Of a stretch of 64,000 nt of DNA, positions 42,911-54,859 are shown in pieces. The stretch comes from Lingula anatina. Taxonomy: Eukaryota > Animalia > Brachiopoda. The notes under the pieces were generated by a model that was given only the letters and a program-made list of their open reading frames with translations, was not told the DNA's origin and made no database searches. Every line of letters starts with the position of its first letter. Position 1 is the first letter of the stretch. Location: the NCBI GenBank assembly GCA_051362555.1, contig CM120646.1, positions 11,966,001-12,030,000 of the forward strand, written 5' to 3'. Both the position numbers and the translations under genes were made by a program.

Positions 42911-43467
42911 TGCACGGCGACGGCGACGGCGACATGATCGGCGACGGCGACGACAGACGCAGGTGATGGCAATATGTACAGACACATCTGTGTCTGTACA
43001 TAAAAATGTTTTAGAGTTTCAATTACTGAATAAATAGTGGACTGCTTTTGCATCAGAGAAAACCTGGAAACCTGCCAAATACTTTAAACTTGCCACAAAA
43101 GCACCAAACATCAAAATCCAGCCCTGTCTCAAAAGTTATCTAATCCTCAAAGGACACAAGTTTGGCCAACTGACCGGTCAAATTAGCCCCAGTGTGAATG
43201 CGGTTCTAGAGTCGCCAGCCAGTCCCGCTGGGCCGACAGCTGGTCAAAAGGTTGGTGATTTTTCTTGGTGTAACCTGAGGTAAACTTCTGTATTAATACA
43301 TCACCACCAAGCAGGTATGGTTTATTACAAACAAGCAAAAAATACCGGCCCCACATGCGAGTCAACACTCTTCACAGCCAGACGCACATATCCTTCTCCA
43401 GATAACCATCTTGACAGTCATTTCAGCATATTACTCACTATTTTATAATGGTGTTGTGAATCAGACT

Positions 43468-43511
<44 letters not shown>

Positions 43512-45699
43512 TAAAGATTAATGTAAATACATGGGAAAAAAATGTGCATCCATGATATTCATCTGGACAGACAGATATCCACCGTCTTATTTTGTAATAT
43601 ATCATATTGCATGGTTGTGGTATCTTGAATAGGCAGAAAAAAGTGCAGGGATTTCTTAAACAAATGGGAAAACTGCCCATTATATAATCTGTGGTATTAC
43701 CTGTCTGATTATCATATTCTCATTTCATTTTACTTGATTTTATGTATTTTTTATTATTATTATCATTATTATTATTATTATTTTATTTTATTTATTTATT
43801 TATTTATTTTTGTTTTGGAGGGGGGTACGTCGGAGTTACAGTGGGAATGACTTCATAAACTTGTATCTTCAGGTGCTATATTATCCCATCTTAGTTAGTC
43901 AAATTGCAAACTTGCCTGCATCATCAGGTGCACTTGGCCAACCTATACAAAGAGACCATTACATGACCACAAACAGTAGCCTTTCTATGTCCGACTGATT
44001 TTCTTACTAATGTATTCCCATTAACTCTCAACACCTGTACCATCAGCCATATATTGCTGGCAGCCATTACTGGTGAAGAGACAAATAAACGACATTGACA
44101 TCAGCATCGACTGGGTCCCATTAAGTAACGTCATGTCAGGACAGAGATTGTCAGAGATGATACCGTGGAATGGAATCTCCTAATGTTTATTAGCACTTGG
44201 AAGGTGGCTGTGTTCTTCAATTTTTATTTGTTTTGATAGTCTACCCAGTGAACTCCTTTTTTCATTTCTTCTATCTTATTGCTGATCCAAATGAGGAAAA
44301 TTAGGGGAAAACCTTTTTATCGTGGTAAAACAAGAGGTTGCATAGTAGCAAAAAATATAGGGACATAATAATATGATGTAAATGCAGGTGAAAAAAAAAG
44401 TGATTTTCTCCATTCTTTTACAAAAAGGAGCTTGTCCGATAAGAAGCACAGTGACTAGTTCTCTCGTAATCCCACAGGTCAAGTTTCCTCCCAGTGGAAT
44501 CAGGGCGGTCAAAAGTTTAGCATACATTTTACAAAACAACATGTAATCTTTGTTAAGAACTAGAGGTCAGATTTTAATAACTTGTGAACATTCAAAACAA
44601 ATCAAACTTGTCCATCTGCCATCATCGAACAATCCAACTTATTTACATTTTTATTCTTATCGTATTTATATATTGTTATAAAGTTTTCAGTGTGCAGAGC
44701 TTCTCCGTGGCAACCTTGTGTGATCTGCAAGTCACTGCGACTATTCCTGTTTTAAGTTACACCTGGTTTGAACTTGCCTTAAATAAAGTTGGCAGTGGCC
44801 AATGTAGACCAGAAGTGCAACGCGGGCCAAGGACTTCTGCATTGTGTTACGCACATAAAAACAACATTGAATAAGCATGATGTTTTTGTATATGGAGGTC
44901 ATTGAGTCTTGTGTTATTTAGGCACATGTACAAAAGGTGAGTTTTTTAAACAACGCAAATTAACTCCTCATCTAAAATTTATAATTATTAATACATAATT
45001 CTTACATCAATTCAGAATCTATTTTTCTTTTATATTTACGGTTATAAAGGAAATAGAAGTTTTTTTTGTTTTTTTTTTAGAAAAGTTATCCCATTAGTGT
45101 TCACGATATTTAAGCTGAAATAAGCTTGTTAAAGGTAGTCATGTCAAATAGCTTTTTAGTATCAAACAAAAATCACCAGATGACTGAATATTATGGAGAT
45201 TTTCATTCAAAACCAAAAATCTGTATCCTCCCCCCCCCCCCAAAAAAAAAAAATGATGCCATTTCAAAAAATCAATCTAGTTAAAATCCTCTCTGCCATG
45301 GTCACAGATGTTTGACCTCTAATTAAGACACTGAGCTGGTGTTTTTATTTAGGGGCGCTATAAAATTAACGTAACGTGAGTCACAGCCAAATGCTTAAGG
45401 AAATATAATGAAGACAGAAGTTCCGCTCAAAAAAGAAAAAAAAAACATAAAACTATTTTATGGCTTGTACTTGAACAAGAAAGCACATCAAAAATTACGC
45501 ACACCCTAAAGGAAACCTCTTTTGTTAACAGTCACCACTACAGGGCAAAAGCGTCTCTACTTGTGCACACACGCATCACATATCACATATCAAAGGAGCC
45601 ACTGATGATAGGTTCATCCCATGTCTGAACCGATCTTATTCTGGTCTTGTGGAAATTGACATTCTGGCCATTGTGCTTTGTGCAAAAACAAACAAACAC

Positions 45700-45752
45700 T
45701 AAAATAAAATAAAATAAAATAAAATAAAATAAAATAAAATAAAATAAAATAA
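45700..45752. repeat. (TAAAA)n pentanucleotide microsatellite
   Basis: Read directly. Confidence 0.9.
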
Positions 45753-45933
45753 AGATATAAAAACAACTCATTCCTTTTATCTTTATCCCCTCCCCCGTCC
45801 CCCACCACACCTCTTAAAAATCTTTTCATTTTTTTTTTAAACACTGGTTTCCAAAATATCAAATTTCAGTTCTTTAAAAAGACAGCAAAATGGCTGAATC
45901 ACAAGTTTGAGCTCCTCTCTGCAAATATTCTAA

Positions 45934-46147
45934 GACTGGGTTCCCACAGATTTAGATCAATCCATCTGGATCGACCTAACTCCCTAGAGGTTCACGCTAA
46001 ATTGCTGTCAGCCGAGCGCACACGAAAGTTAATTACCCCCTTACAGCTCTCAGAACGCGGGACAGACATTTAAGTCGGCTAATCTGACAGCAATCTAGAG
46101 AGCACCCCACGAGGATAGATCGATCTTAAATCTGTGGGAATGCCGTC
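45934..46147. mobile_element. PIF/Harbinger-type MITE, copy 1 (same family as 48638-48852)
   Basis: Ends GACTGGGTTCCCACAGATTTA ... TAAATCTGTGGGAATGCCGTC, flanked by TAA/TTA. Internal CGACCTAACTCCC...CACGAAAGTTAATTACCCCCTTACAG is shared with copy 2. Confidence 0.8.
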
Positions 46148-46474
46148 TTAGTATTTTCTTTCTTGTTATTCATATTTGATATATATCTCTTTGAAAAAAA
46201 ATATCTCTTCATTTCCTAAGTGGTACAAATTTGCCTAAGAGAAAACAATTGCTTTACTTTTCTTTACGTTTCATTGAAATTGTACCAGAAAATATATTAC
46301 AAAAAAAAACATGCCTAGAGCTGAGCACCTGGTGCACTGCACATCTCCATTTTTCTAACTTATGTACAGAAATTGTAGAGCAGCCATTGAGAAAATGAAA
46401 AGGCATTAGCTGAAATAAAATCCGATGACACAAGTTTTTCATTATTTATTGTGTGCTGCGTTGTATTCTTTTCT

Positions 46475-46535
<61 letters not shown>

Positions 46536-46894
46536 CGAGAGAGAGTGAGTGAGCTTTTTTCACTCCTGCACTGGAATCTACATGCAAGCCGGATATATAA
46601 ATGACTTTAAATTTGTTTTATAACGAGTTATGGATGGTGATTTACAGGAAACTATTTTATTTAGCTATTTTCCAAAACTTGTAATGAACACTGTCACTGA
46701 TGTCATTCAAAGACATTTTCCATTAAAATACAGTTTTCTGCACTATGTTATCATCTATTAACTTAGAAATTCCAAAGCCCCCTCGAGAAAGAATAAAGCA
46801 TGGGTCAGCAACCAGTCAGCTATCAAAGACCATGATATTTTTCAACACTTTAAACCCCTTTTCTGCTCCAGGGAACTTCTTCCTCTTCTCCTTA

Positions 46895-47081
46895 AGCTTC
46901 GTTCACATGGAATGTCTATTTTCTAATTTCTATTTTCTAATTTCTTATAGTAACTTATAGTAACTGGCTCGCGCTGCCAGTAATTACGCCGCGGGATATT
47001 CAGGGCACAGACCGTGATCATAAGACATACCGCAAATAGAAAATAGAATTTAGAAAATAGACATTGCATGTGAACGAAGCC
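46895..47081. mobile_element. PIF/Harbinger-type MITE with ~40-bp TIRs
   Basis: TTA|AGCTTCGTTCACATGGAATGTCTATTTTCTAA ... TTAGAAAATAGACATTGCATGTGAACGAAGCC|TTA. Confidence 0.82.
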
Positions 47082-48452
47082 TTAGATTCAAAAACTGGAC
47101 TTCACTGTGAGCAAATACACCACAGAAATAGCAATTGCTAGAACAACTTGGTCATCTCTTCATTAAAAAATATGTAGCAAAATCAAGACTTAACATGTAT
47201 TAAGACCAGAGATGGCATTTCAGTTTGTTCTTGCTGACAGGATTAAGAGGCATAATTATCATTGTTTTTCATCAACGATAGAAATAACTGTTGATATTTT
47301 CTCAGAATTTTAGACAAGTTCAGCTGCTAGTATGCCTCAGTAAATACACATCATGGTTGTTTACAAATTAAATACCTGAATATAATATAGATGATTTTAA
47401 CTTTGTCAGATATAAAAATTAAAGGGAATGAATAAATCTTTAAAATCATCCAGATCGTCAATATATTATTTATTCTCTGAATTACATAACAAATTAAATG
47501 GCAAAAATGACCCAGTCAAAAAGATAAATATTTTACAATATAAGCGGGCCAGAATAGTCACTAGCATAAAAGATAGTAAATGAGGGTACTTCCAAAAAAT
47601 CACAAAAAAAAAATTCACGAAGTTTTATTTGTCTTTCTTGAAAAACATATGTAAACAAAAGTCTCTGGTGACATTCAGAATTCATGTAACACATGTGCGT
47701 GCATGCATGCATGTAAGTGCAGGTGAACTAGTGTTACAGACATTTCAAGTCTGTTTCTAAAATCCAAAATTATGTAAAACCAGAAAATGGTCTATGTGTA
47801 CTAGCTGTCTGATGGCAGGAGTTGGACCGTTTTCCAATCTAAAAAGTACCTGTCTGAAAACAAGCATTGTCAGCACATCTCAAGAGTGCAGCCATATTTT
47901 AAAGCAGTTTTTGGTGTGGTTTCACAAAAAAAAAAATTATAAAAAAAATAAAATAAAAAAAATTGAGACCAAAAATTGGTCTAAACTTCAAGATAAGATT
48001 TCTAGTCCACATTGACCCAGGATAAACCAACAGTAATCCCAGTAAAAAAAATTTGTATCGATTAATAAAAAAGGGAAAATGTCTGACGTATGTCAAAAAG
48101 CTTCACTTAATTATTCTTTTAAATTGACTACTGAACTAAAGCTGATCAAAATTTTCAGTCTCAAGTTAGAGCCAACTTTCCGTCATAAGATCTTAGGTAA
48201 AACCTACCCCCTGGAACAAGTGGTCAAGCTGTAAAAAAGACCATACGAAGCAACTGATAAATGACCATGGTCTGTTGCCCACCCTTATTTATATTTATTC
48301 CCACTTTGTGCCACACACTAAGTGTTAAAAAGCGTCCCCCTTAACTGTTACTGAAACATCTCTCATATAAAAGCTTTTTTTTACGAACAGAGATCTGCCT
48401 ACACTGTGGCATCAATTATGAGGAGGACGGTTTCAGCACGATGTAAAGGTGC

Positions 48453-48630
48453 AATTCAGATCAGCGAACTAACAGATCTGTGAATCAAATATGGCCAACC
48501 CACTTTAATGCTCGTTGCATAATCCCTGCAGGGAATCCATTCAGTGTATAATAGGGAATTTAAGCGACAAGCTTTTTTAGTGGGTCACAATATTTGATCC
48601 AAAGATATGTTATTCTGCTGTTCTGAATTC
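48453..48630. mobile_element. old fold-back/MITE-like element, related to 19069-19212
   Basis: AATTCAGATCAGCGAACTAACAGATCTGTGAATCAAATAT ... ATATTTGATCCAAAGATATGTTATTCTGCTGTTCTGAATT form an imperfect inverted repeat. Confidence 0.55.
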
Positions 48631-48637
48631 CCTCTAA

Positions 48638-48852
48638 GACCCCATTTCCAGAGATTAGATCGATCTACTTTAGATCGACCTAACTCCCTGGGGGTTCACG
48701 CTAAATAGCTGTCAGCCGGGCGGACACGAAAGTTAATTACCCCCTTACAGTTTGTAGTAGGCGGGACGGACATTTAAGCCGGATTATCTGACAGTAATCT
48801 AGTGAGACTCCCCGCGGGGATAGATCGATCTAAAAGCTCTGGGAATACAGCC
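48638..48852. mobile_element. PIF/Harbinger-type MITE, copy 2
   Basis: TAA|GACCCCATTTCCAGAG ... CTCTGGGAATACAGCC|TAA; colinear similarity to 45934-46147. Confidence 0.8.
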
Positions 48853-51123
48853 TAACAGTCATATGGCTGTCTTAAGACGTTCTCATGGACCTAAACCAAT
48901 TCTGGATTTAATCTTTTCTGGCTAAATACCTATATGGTTTAGGCTTACACTGTGGGGCTACTTCAGAAATATGAAATACAAGATCAAAATGACCAAGTTG
49001 GCGGACACACAGGCATGTTTTTCTTATCAATTTTGTTATCAAAGGGGTCTTCCTTATTGCTTATAGGCATTTCCGTTGGTCAGTTACAGACATTAATGAA
49101 ATTGTTAGTTTTTTTTAGGATGACTAAATTTGGAAGTTTAAGCCTGGGGGATCATGTTCTTTATGACTAAGAGACAAAGGAAGTGACAGTAGTTCAAGCT
49201 CCTAAAACATGGTGTCTCTAAACTGGACTACTAGGGATCGATACTTAAGATCTGATGGTAAAGATTATTACTAGTAGCTTTGACTCAAAAGGAAATGAAA
49301 GAAAAACATATTTCGGACAAAACGTTAGTTCCTTACTTTGTTGACAATTAAAAGCCGTCTTCAAGCAAACCTTAAAGATGCATTTGAAGTTAATTTTCGC
49401 CACAAAAGCCAACCAAATGTCACTTTAAGGTTTCAAATAGTATAACTTAACAGGAATACCAAAAGACATAATTTTGTTTTACCCAGAAAATGATAACTAA
49501 ATGGATTTTTCTGCTTGCACTCTGTGCTGTATATAAACAAGGCTGATAAGTGGGTCAGGTAAATAGGTTAAATCCCCAAATTTAAAACCAACAATTTTAA
49601 GAAGGACCAGTTTATAGCTCTTTTACGGCTGAATGAGAGATCAATTCGGTTTATCCCTTGGCATGTCAACTTTATTTGAGTTGTATAAAAAAACTAATAG
49701 AAGTGGTTTATATGAGTGACTGGGCACAAACCATTCACCAGGGCTCAGTGCAAATGTACCTTTAACTAATTCAACTTCAATAAACTATTAATCATTACCA
49801 TGTAAGGCATTTTTATAATACAACAAAGGTTCAATTTATCTTCAAATATGTTTTTTTTTTCTTTTTTTTTTTTTGTCAATTACTTCTACTGGAATAATTG
49901 TTCAAACATACAGAATTGTAAAACCACATGGAAATTTCACTCTCTCTCTCTCTCTCCCCTTGTGTGTGTGTGTGTGTATGTGTGTGTGTGTGTGTATGTG
50001 TGTGCATGCGTGCATTGGAGTATGGGGGAGGAGAGCTGCAAACAATCTCAGGTTAAGATTATCAATAGCCTTAGAGCAACAAGAAACCAACTAGTTAAAT
50101 ATAACTTAAATACTGGCTGAAATATATATAATTCCAATTAAACCAACATGAAATTATCCACTGAGAAGGTTTTTTTATTTCAATGTTTTTTCAATATTTA
50201 TCTCATAATGCCAAATATTTACTTAAACATGTATGTCATTATGTTCACTAGGTTTTAAATGAACGTATTTTCAAAATCAACTTTTGATTTTGTAGCCCAT
50301 AATTGCCTTCTGTTAATATTGTGAGCCTCCTTGTTCAATCCCAAATTTCAAGAGATAATTTTCTTTACCACGGCTACAATCAAAACATTACTTCCAAGCC
50401 ATATATTACAGATAAATAATAAGACTAAGTATTTTTAATTCAAAATATACTGCCCTTATGCTTTTAAGGGCAATCAATATTCAGTGTATTCCTGCTTAAT
50501 AACAGCGGAAATAAACAATTAAGTACTGTTATTTTAATGAGCATGCAGGCTAAATCGAGAAAAACAATGCATTAAAATCTCATTTAACATACTGGCCAAA
50601 TAAATTGTTGTCAGTCACACTCAAAAGATTTAATGAGAAGATGAATGAATAAATGTCCAGTCCAAATTGACCACAGAGAGAGGACAATAGATAAATTAAA
50701 AGTTCACTTATAGCTGTTATAATGTATAAAGATATATGTACTCAACTATACATCAAGAAAAAGACAAATAATCTCATATTATTGAATCATACGTGTCTTC
50801 AAAACTACACTCACACTCAATAATTGTGTCATCCATTTATTGACATTAATTCTCTGACAGTATATTTGTGTTAATTGTCATCATTTTTAAGTGATAGGTA
50901 AATAAACAAAAAAAGGCAATTGGTTTAGATCAGTATAAAGGGGTAAGGTTAAAATTAAAGCCACTTCTGAACTAGCTGACCCTTATGGTCAGCTTCGGCC
51001 ATTTTTGTAATGGTCAGTTGAACACGTCTTGTGCGCCATTTGTCGAGAAGCGAGTCCCCGGTCGACTCAGTCCCAAACAAGGTGATACCATTTCGTTTCT
51101 TGTACGTTACACTGATAGATGTA

Positions 51124-51918
51124 ATTACATAATCTAGTCTGCGTCAGGCTCAAGTAATTTAGACAGCCACGGAGACCACAATGGCAGGAAACAAGCAGTT
51201 ATGACTCCTTACATAACACTGTACACAACACAGGTCATTTCAAGATGGCGACCGGTCACTTGGCCGCAATGACCACTGCAAAATAAAGCTCTTACCGTAG
51301 TCTTGTGCATCGCTGCCATCGCGATAGGGATTCATCGGAGGAAGAAAAGTGTTCGGATCTTGGCCGGAGTAGTCGAAATACCCCGATTCGGTCATCGTAA
51401 GCGGTGGAGATTTTGCAGGCTTTTCACTGACCCTTCGCCCCCGTGTAAATAGATTGTTTAGCAAGCTTGTGCAGCAACTACGCAACTGGGTCGGTTCATT
51501 TTTTAGGGCTGACGGGTTGGGCTGTCGACTATAATGACATAATTGAACACCTTTCTATTTCAGATCTCTACTAATGTAGATATTGAATTTCAATAAAAGA
51601 AAAAATAGTATTAGAATCAATAACATATTACAGACATTTAGGTCGATACGAAAAGGAATGTAGAGGTGTCACCCCTTGGAAAAATCCAGCGACCCTATTA
51701 CGACGCAGAGTGACCAATCAACCTGTTTACTCGCCATAATGATTATTCAATATTATTCACCCAAGACGTAATATTTCTGTGGTGACTAGACTTTCACGTA
51801 ACTCTAGGAAATGTGGTAACACTTTAGCGCTGAGACTTCTTAGCCGGTTGAAATCGATATTTCACAAAGAATTTCACACCCGCTAAAAATGGATCAAGTG
51901 CTCGTAAGATGACGTAAT
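51124..51918. promoter_or_regulatory. promoter-proximal cluster of PAR-bZIP/E4BP4 (D-box-like) sites plus a CCAAT box
   Basis: ATTACATAAT 51124, CTTACATAAC 51208, ATGACATAAT 51534, AGACGTAAT 51764, TCACGTAAC 51794, ATGACGTAAT 51909; CCAAT 51714. Confidence 0.55.
51296..51395 (-). CDS. PAR-bZIP gene isoform 1, first coding exon
   Basis: ATG at 51395 (acgATG) gives MTESGYFDYSGQDPNTFLPPMNPYRDGSDAQDY. Donor TAC G|gtaaga is phase 1, compatible with exon 35489. Lies in a CpG-rich patch. Confidence 0.8.
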
Positions 51919-52185
51919 ACAGTCGGCGTGACCTGAAACCACGCCTTCCATCCAACACGGCTAGACAATCGTTTTTATTTAGCTTTCTAAATTATTGTTT
52001 ATTTTTTAACATGTCTTTTATTGCGGCATGGCATTTGAAAACCACATAAATAGAAATTAAGTGCATAACCAGCTTCGTAAAAGTGTATTATAATACAATA
52101 GGTGGCATTATATTGACTTAGAAAGTTTTTTAATTTGTTGCGAATGGCTTAATTCACTCTTCAGTGAAAAGAATTTGTCAAAATG

Positions 52186-52677
52186 CAGGGCCGTAGCCTG
52201 AGCAAAATGCCAGGGGGGGGCAGTAAGCGGACAAGAGGGGGCGAAGCCCCCGAGGGGGGAAGGTGTGGGAGGGGGTGTCCCCCTCCCACGGTGTGGAAAA
52301 TTTTTAAAAACTGTATGTATAATACTGCATTCTGGTGCATTTTAACTGTTATTTATTGGTCAATCAGAAGTCAGAAATTGTGGGTTCATTTTGCCATAAG
52401 TACAGTCATTTTTCAACACAACACGCCAATTGGCCTGGGGATAGCTCCCTCAGGGAGGGTAAGCTTTTTGGCATGAACTGAGTTGGCTAAAAACAGTACA
52501 CCTTTGTAAACAGATTGTTGAATGATTGTCTAGTGGCCATGAGTGCCTTTTCTCACAGAATTGATACCAACTTTGCAATTATTTTTTTTTTACCTTTGCG
52601 ATTATTTTTTTTGCACCCCAATTTCAGGGGGGGGGGGGCAGCTGCCCCCCCTGCCCCCCCCGGAGGCTACGGCCCTG
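52186..52677. mobile_element. hAT-like non-autonomous element
   Basis: TIRs CAGGGCCGTAGCCT ... AGGCTACGGCCCTG with GC-rich subterminal hairpins. Flanks AAATG/ATATG may be a degenerate 5-bp TSD. Confidence 0.8.
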
Positions 52678-53132
52678 ATATGTTTGCTGAACTTTACACG
52701 GTGCAGGCAACTATACCTCTTTTTACGTGGAGCGGTACATAAATTAAATCTTAGACCCATCATCGTGTATGATGGTTCCAAGACTAAAGGTAAACTCCAT
52801 GGATTTGAAAATCTCCAAAATTATTTTTGCCATCCACACCTTCTTATAAAACCTTACATACACCTAAAAACTATATAACCCCTTAAACATTTTTTTTCTG
52901 GGGCGTACCTGATGTTGATATTTTCATTGGAGCTCATAGGAAAATGGTCGCTGTTATAATGACTGGCCAGTCATTTTAGGCTAAAATCGCCTTTTATAAA
53001 TGTTATCAAAGGTCCTACTCAAGTGCAGAGAGGGATAGGTAGATGATTCGTGAGTACGAGAAAAATTGCTTATTTTCCCGCGAAAATCTATTTTGGCGCG
53101 TAAATCAGGCGTAGTGTACCGGGTACCTTTAA

Positions 53133-53277
53133 ATGGACCGGTCCCGATAGACTGGTCTCCCTTTCTCAAGTTGGCTTCCTATACTCACGTCAAGAACTTA
53201 ATTAATTAATTGGCCGTGTCCTCTCGTGTAATGCTAGGCCTATGGAACTGTCTATCTCCCAAAATGGACCTGTCCAG
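53133..53277. mobile_element. short TTAA-flanked MITE (Kolobok/piggyBac-like)
   Basis: TTAA|ATGGACCGGTCC ... GGACCTGTCCAG|TTAA; TIRs are short and imperfect. Confidence 0.4.
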
Positions 53278-53552
53278 TTAAATTTTAATGAAAAATGAAA
53301 TTCTAACTCAAAGGTGTACCGCTCGAAGTGATATGGGCCCTTTAGACACTGTTGTCGTTGGTTTTGGGCCTCCAGGTAGAAATCCCCACTGCAATACTGG
53401 TACTCCTCTCTCCGCCTATTGTGTTTGACGCTAGCCTTACACAAGGATTCTCATACCTGTCATGCCAGAGATTTAACACTTATTTAAGACAAAAGAATTA
53501 AAGAGGAATTACATTTAAAGCAGGAACTGCAATAAAGCGTCGACGCCCTGTA

Positions 53553-53591
<39 letters not shown>

Positions 53592-54757
53592 CTGCGAGCA
53601 CACGATCAATTGAACAGCATGGTATATATATTTTTAACTCTACACGTGGTGAAGCCTATCAAAACGAAATGTATATCAACAGTGGCACACTGGAAATAAG
53701 CTTATTCTGCTAAAACACAGTTTTCGTTCCTGCCGCATCATGTGACAACCGCGTGCACTCTACCCCTAGGACTATAGGCTAGGTCATTTTGACCGAGATA
53801 ACGGTCAACGTTTTATACATGGCATGGAGATATTTGTGATAGTACGGCTACATCGGCCTTTAATTGTTGCAATGGATAGTTTGCGTTTGTTGTTGCTGCA
53901 CAAACACCATGGGAATGGCTATCACGCTGAAAATTTCAATAGTTTTACATTGAACGAAGCGATTCCTCGTAAAAAGGGTGTTGAATCTTGCCAAAGGTAT
54001 TGAACGGTATGGGTTACTTCAAAATACGTGTCAATTAATTAAGTAAAAACAGGAACATTTGAGGCTGATGTCATGATATCATTTTTGGCCACTGTTTTGC
54101 AATAAACATTTTTTTGCGATTTGGGAATCGAAATAAAAGAAATATATTTTCTATAAAACCTGGATTTAGAAAACCACACAATGCCAACTTTTTGAAAAAA
54201 TGTTGCTTCTTGTAGGTCTTAAATCATCTTTTTACGTGTATTTCTATGCAATTTAAGGTAGTAAAACACAGTCGATGGTCAAAACATAATGCCTAAAAAT
54301 ATACGTTTTGGACAGCCCGTTAAACCGAAGAAACGCTGACTTTATTGGTAGAGATGCAATTTGCAAGCCATCTTAAAAATAAGACGAAAAAATTATCTTA
54401 AATGTCTCAAGACAGCCCCCATCCCCACCCCCACCTCCCACTGAGCAAAATTTTAGAATCTCCAGATTTTAGATTCCAAGAGGTTGGCACCTCTGTTTTC
54501 CTGTAGTTCTTTAGTGACTCTAGACCATGCTCAGTTGTGTGGATGTATGACGGCGTCCTCTCTATCGCATTTTGTGCTGCGTGGGCGACATCATTTCTAT
54601 CTGTCAAACTCCCAACAGGGTTGAACACCCAAGACGAAAGTACATTGAGTTATTCGCAATTGATAGCCCTTACTTTTTGTCTCTTTCACACACCGTACAC
54701 TTAAAATAATATGTGAAACGAGTAACAACATACCTTAAAATAACTATCTTTGTCCCA

Positions 54758-54859
54758 AATGTGTCCATGAAAAATAGCACGATTTGGTGAGCCTTTCGAT
54801 GCACAGTAAAATCGGGCATAAGTAAGCTCAGCAACTGTGCTATTTTTCATAGGCACATT
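54758..54859. repeat. ~100-bp hairpin / tiny MITE
   Basis: AATGTGTCCATGAAAAATAGCAC ... GTGCTATTTTTCATAGGCACATT. Confidence 0.6.

Larger units (their letters stand above)
40387..43006 (-). mobile_element. Helentron-associated (HINE/DINE-1-like) non-autonomous element with internal tandem-repeat arrays
   Basis: One end has AACAAG, a short hairpin GGCAGC-aaa-GCTGTC and subTIR ATGTACAGACA (40409-40419). The other end has a (GGCGAC)n microsatellite (~42916-42955) and palindrome TATGTACAGACACA-tc-TGTGTCTGTACATA (42973-43002) followed by an A-run. Confidence 0.75.

Noticed and set aside
5020-50120. Many 60-110 aa ORFs with CVCV/HTHT/poly-G/poly-K runs
   Set aside because: Translations of (CA)n, (GA)n and homopolymer tracts inside introns; not coding.
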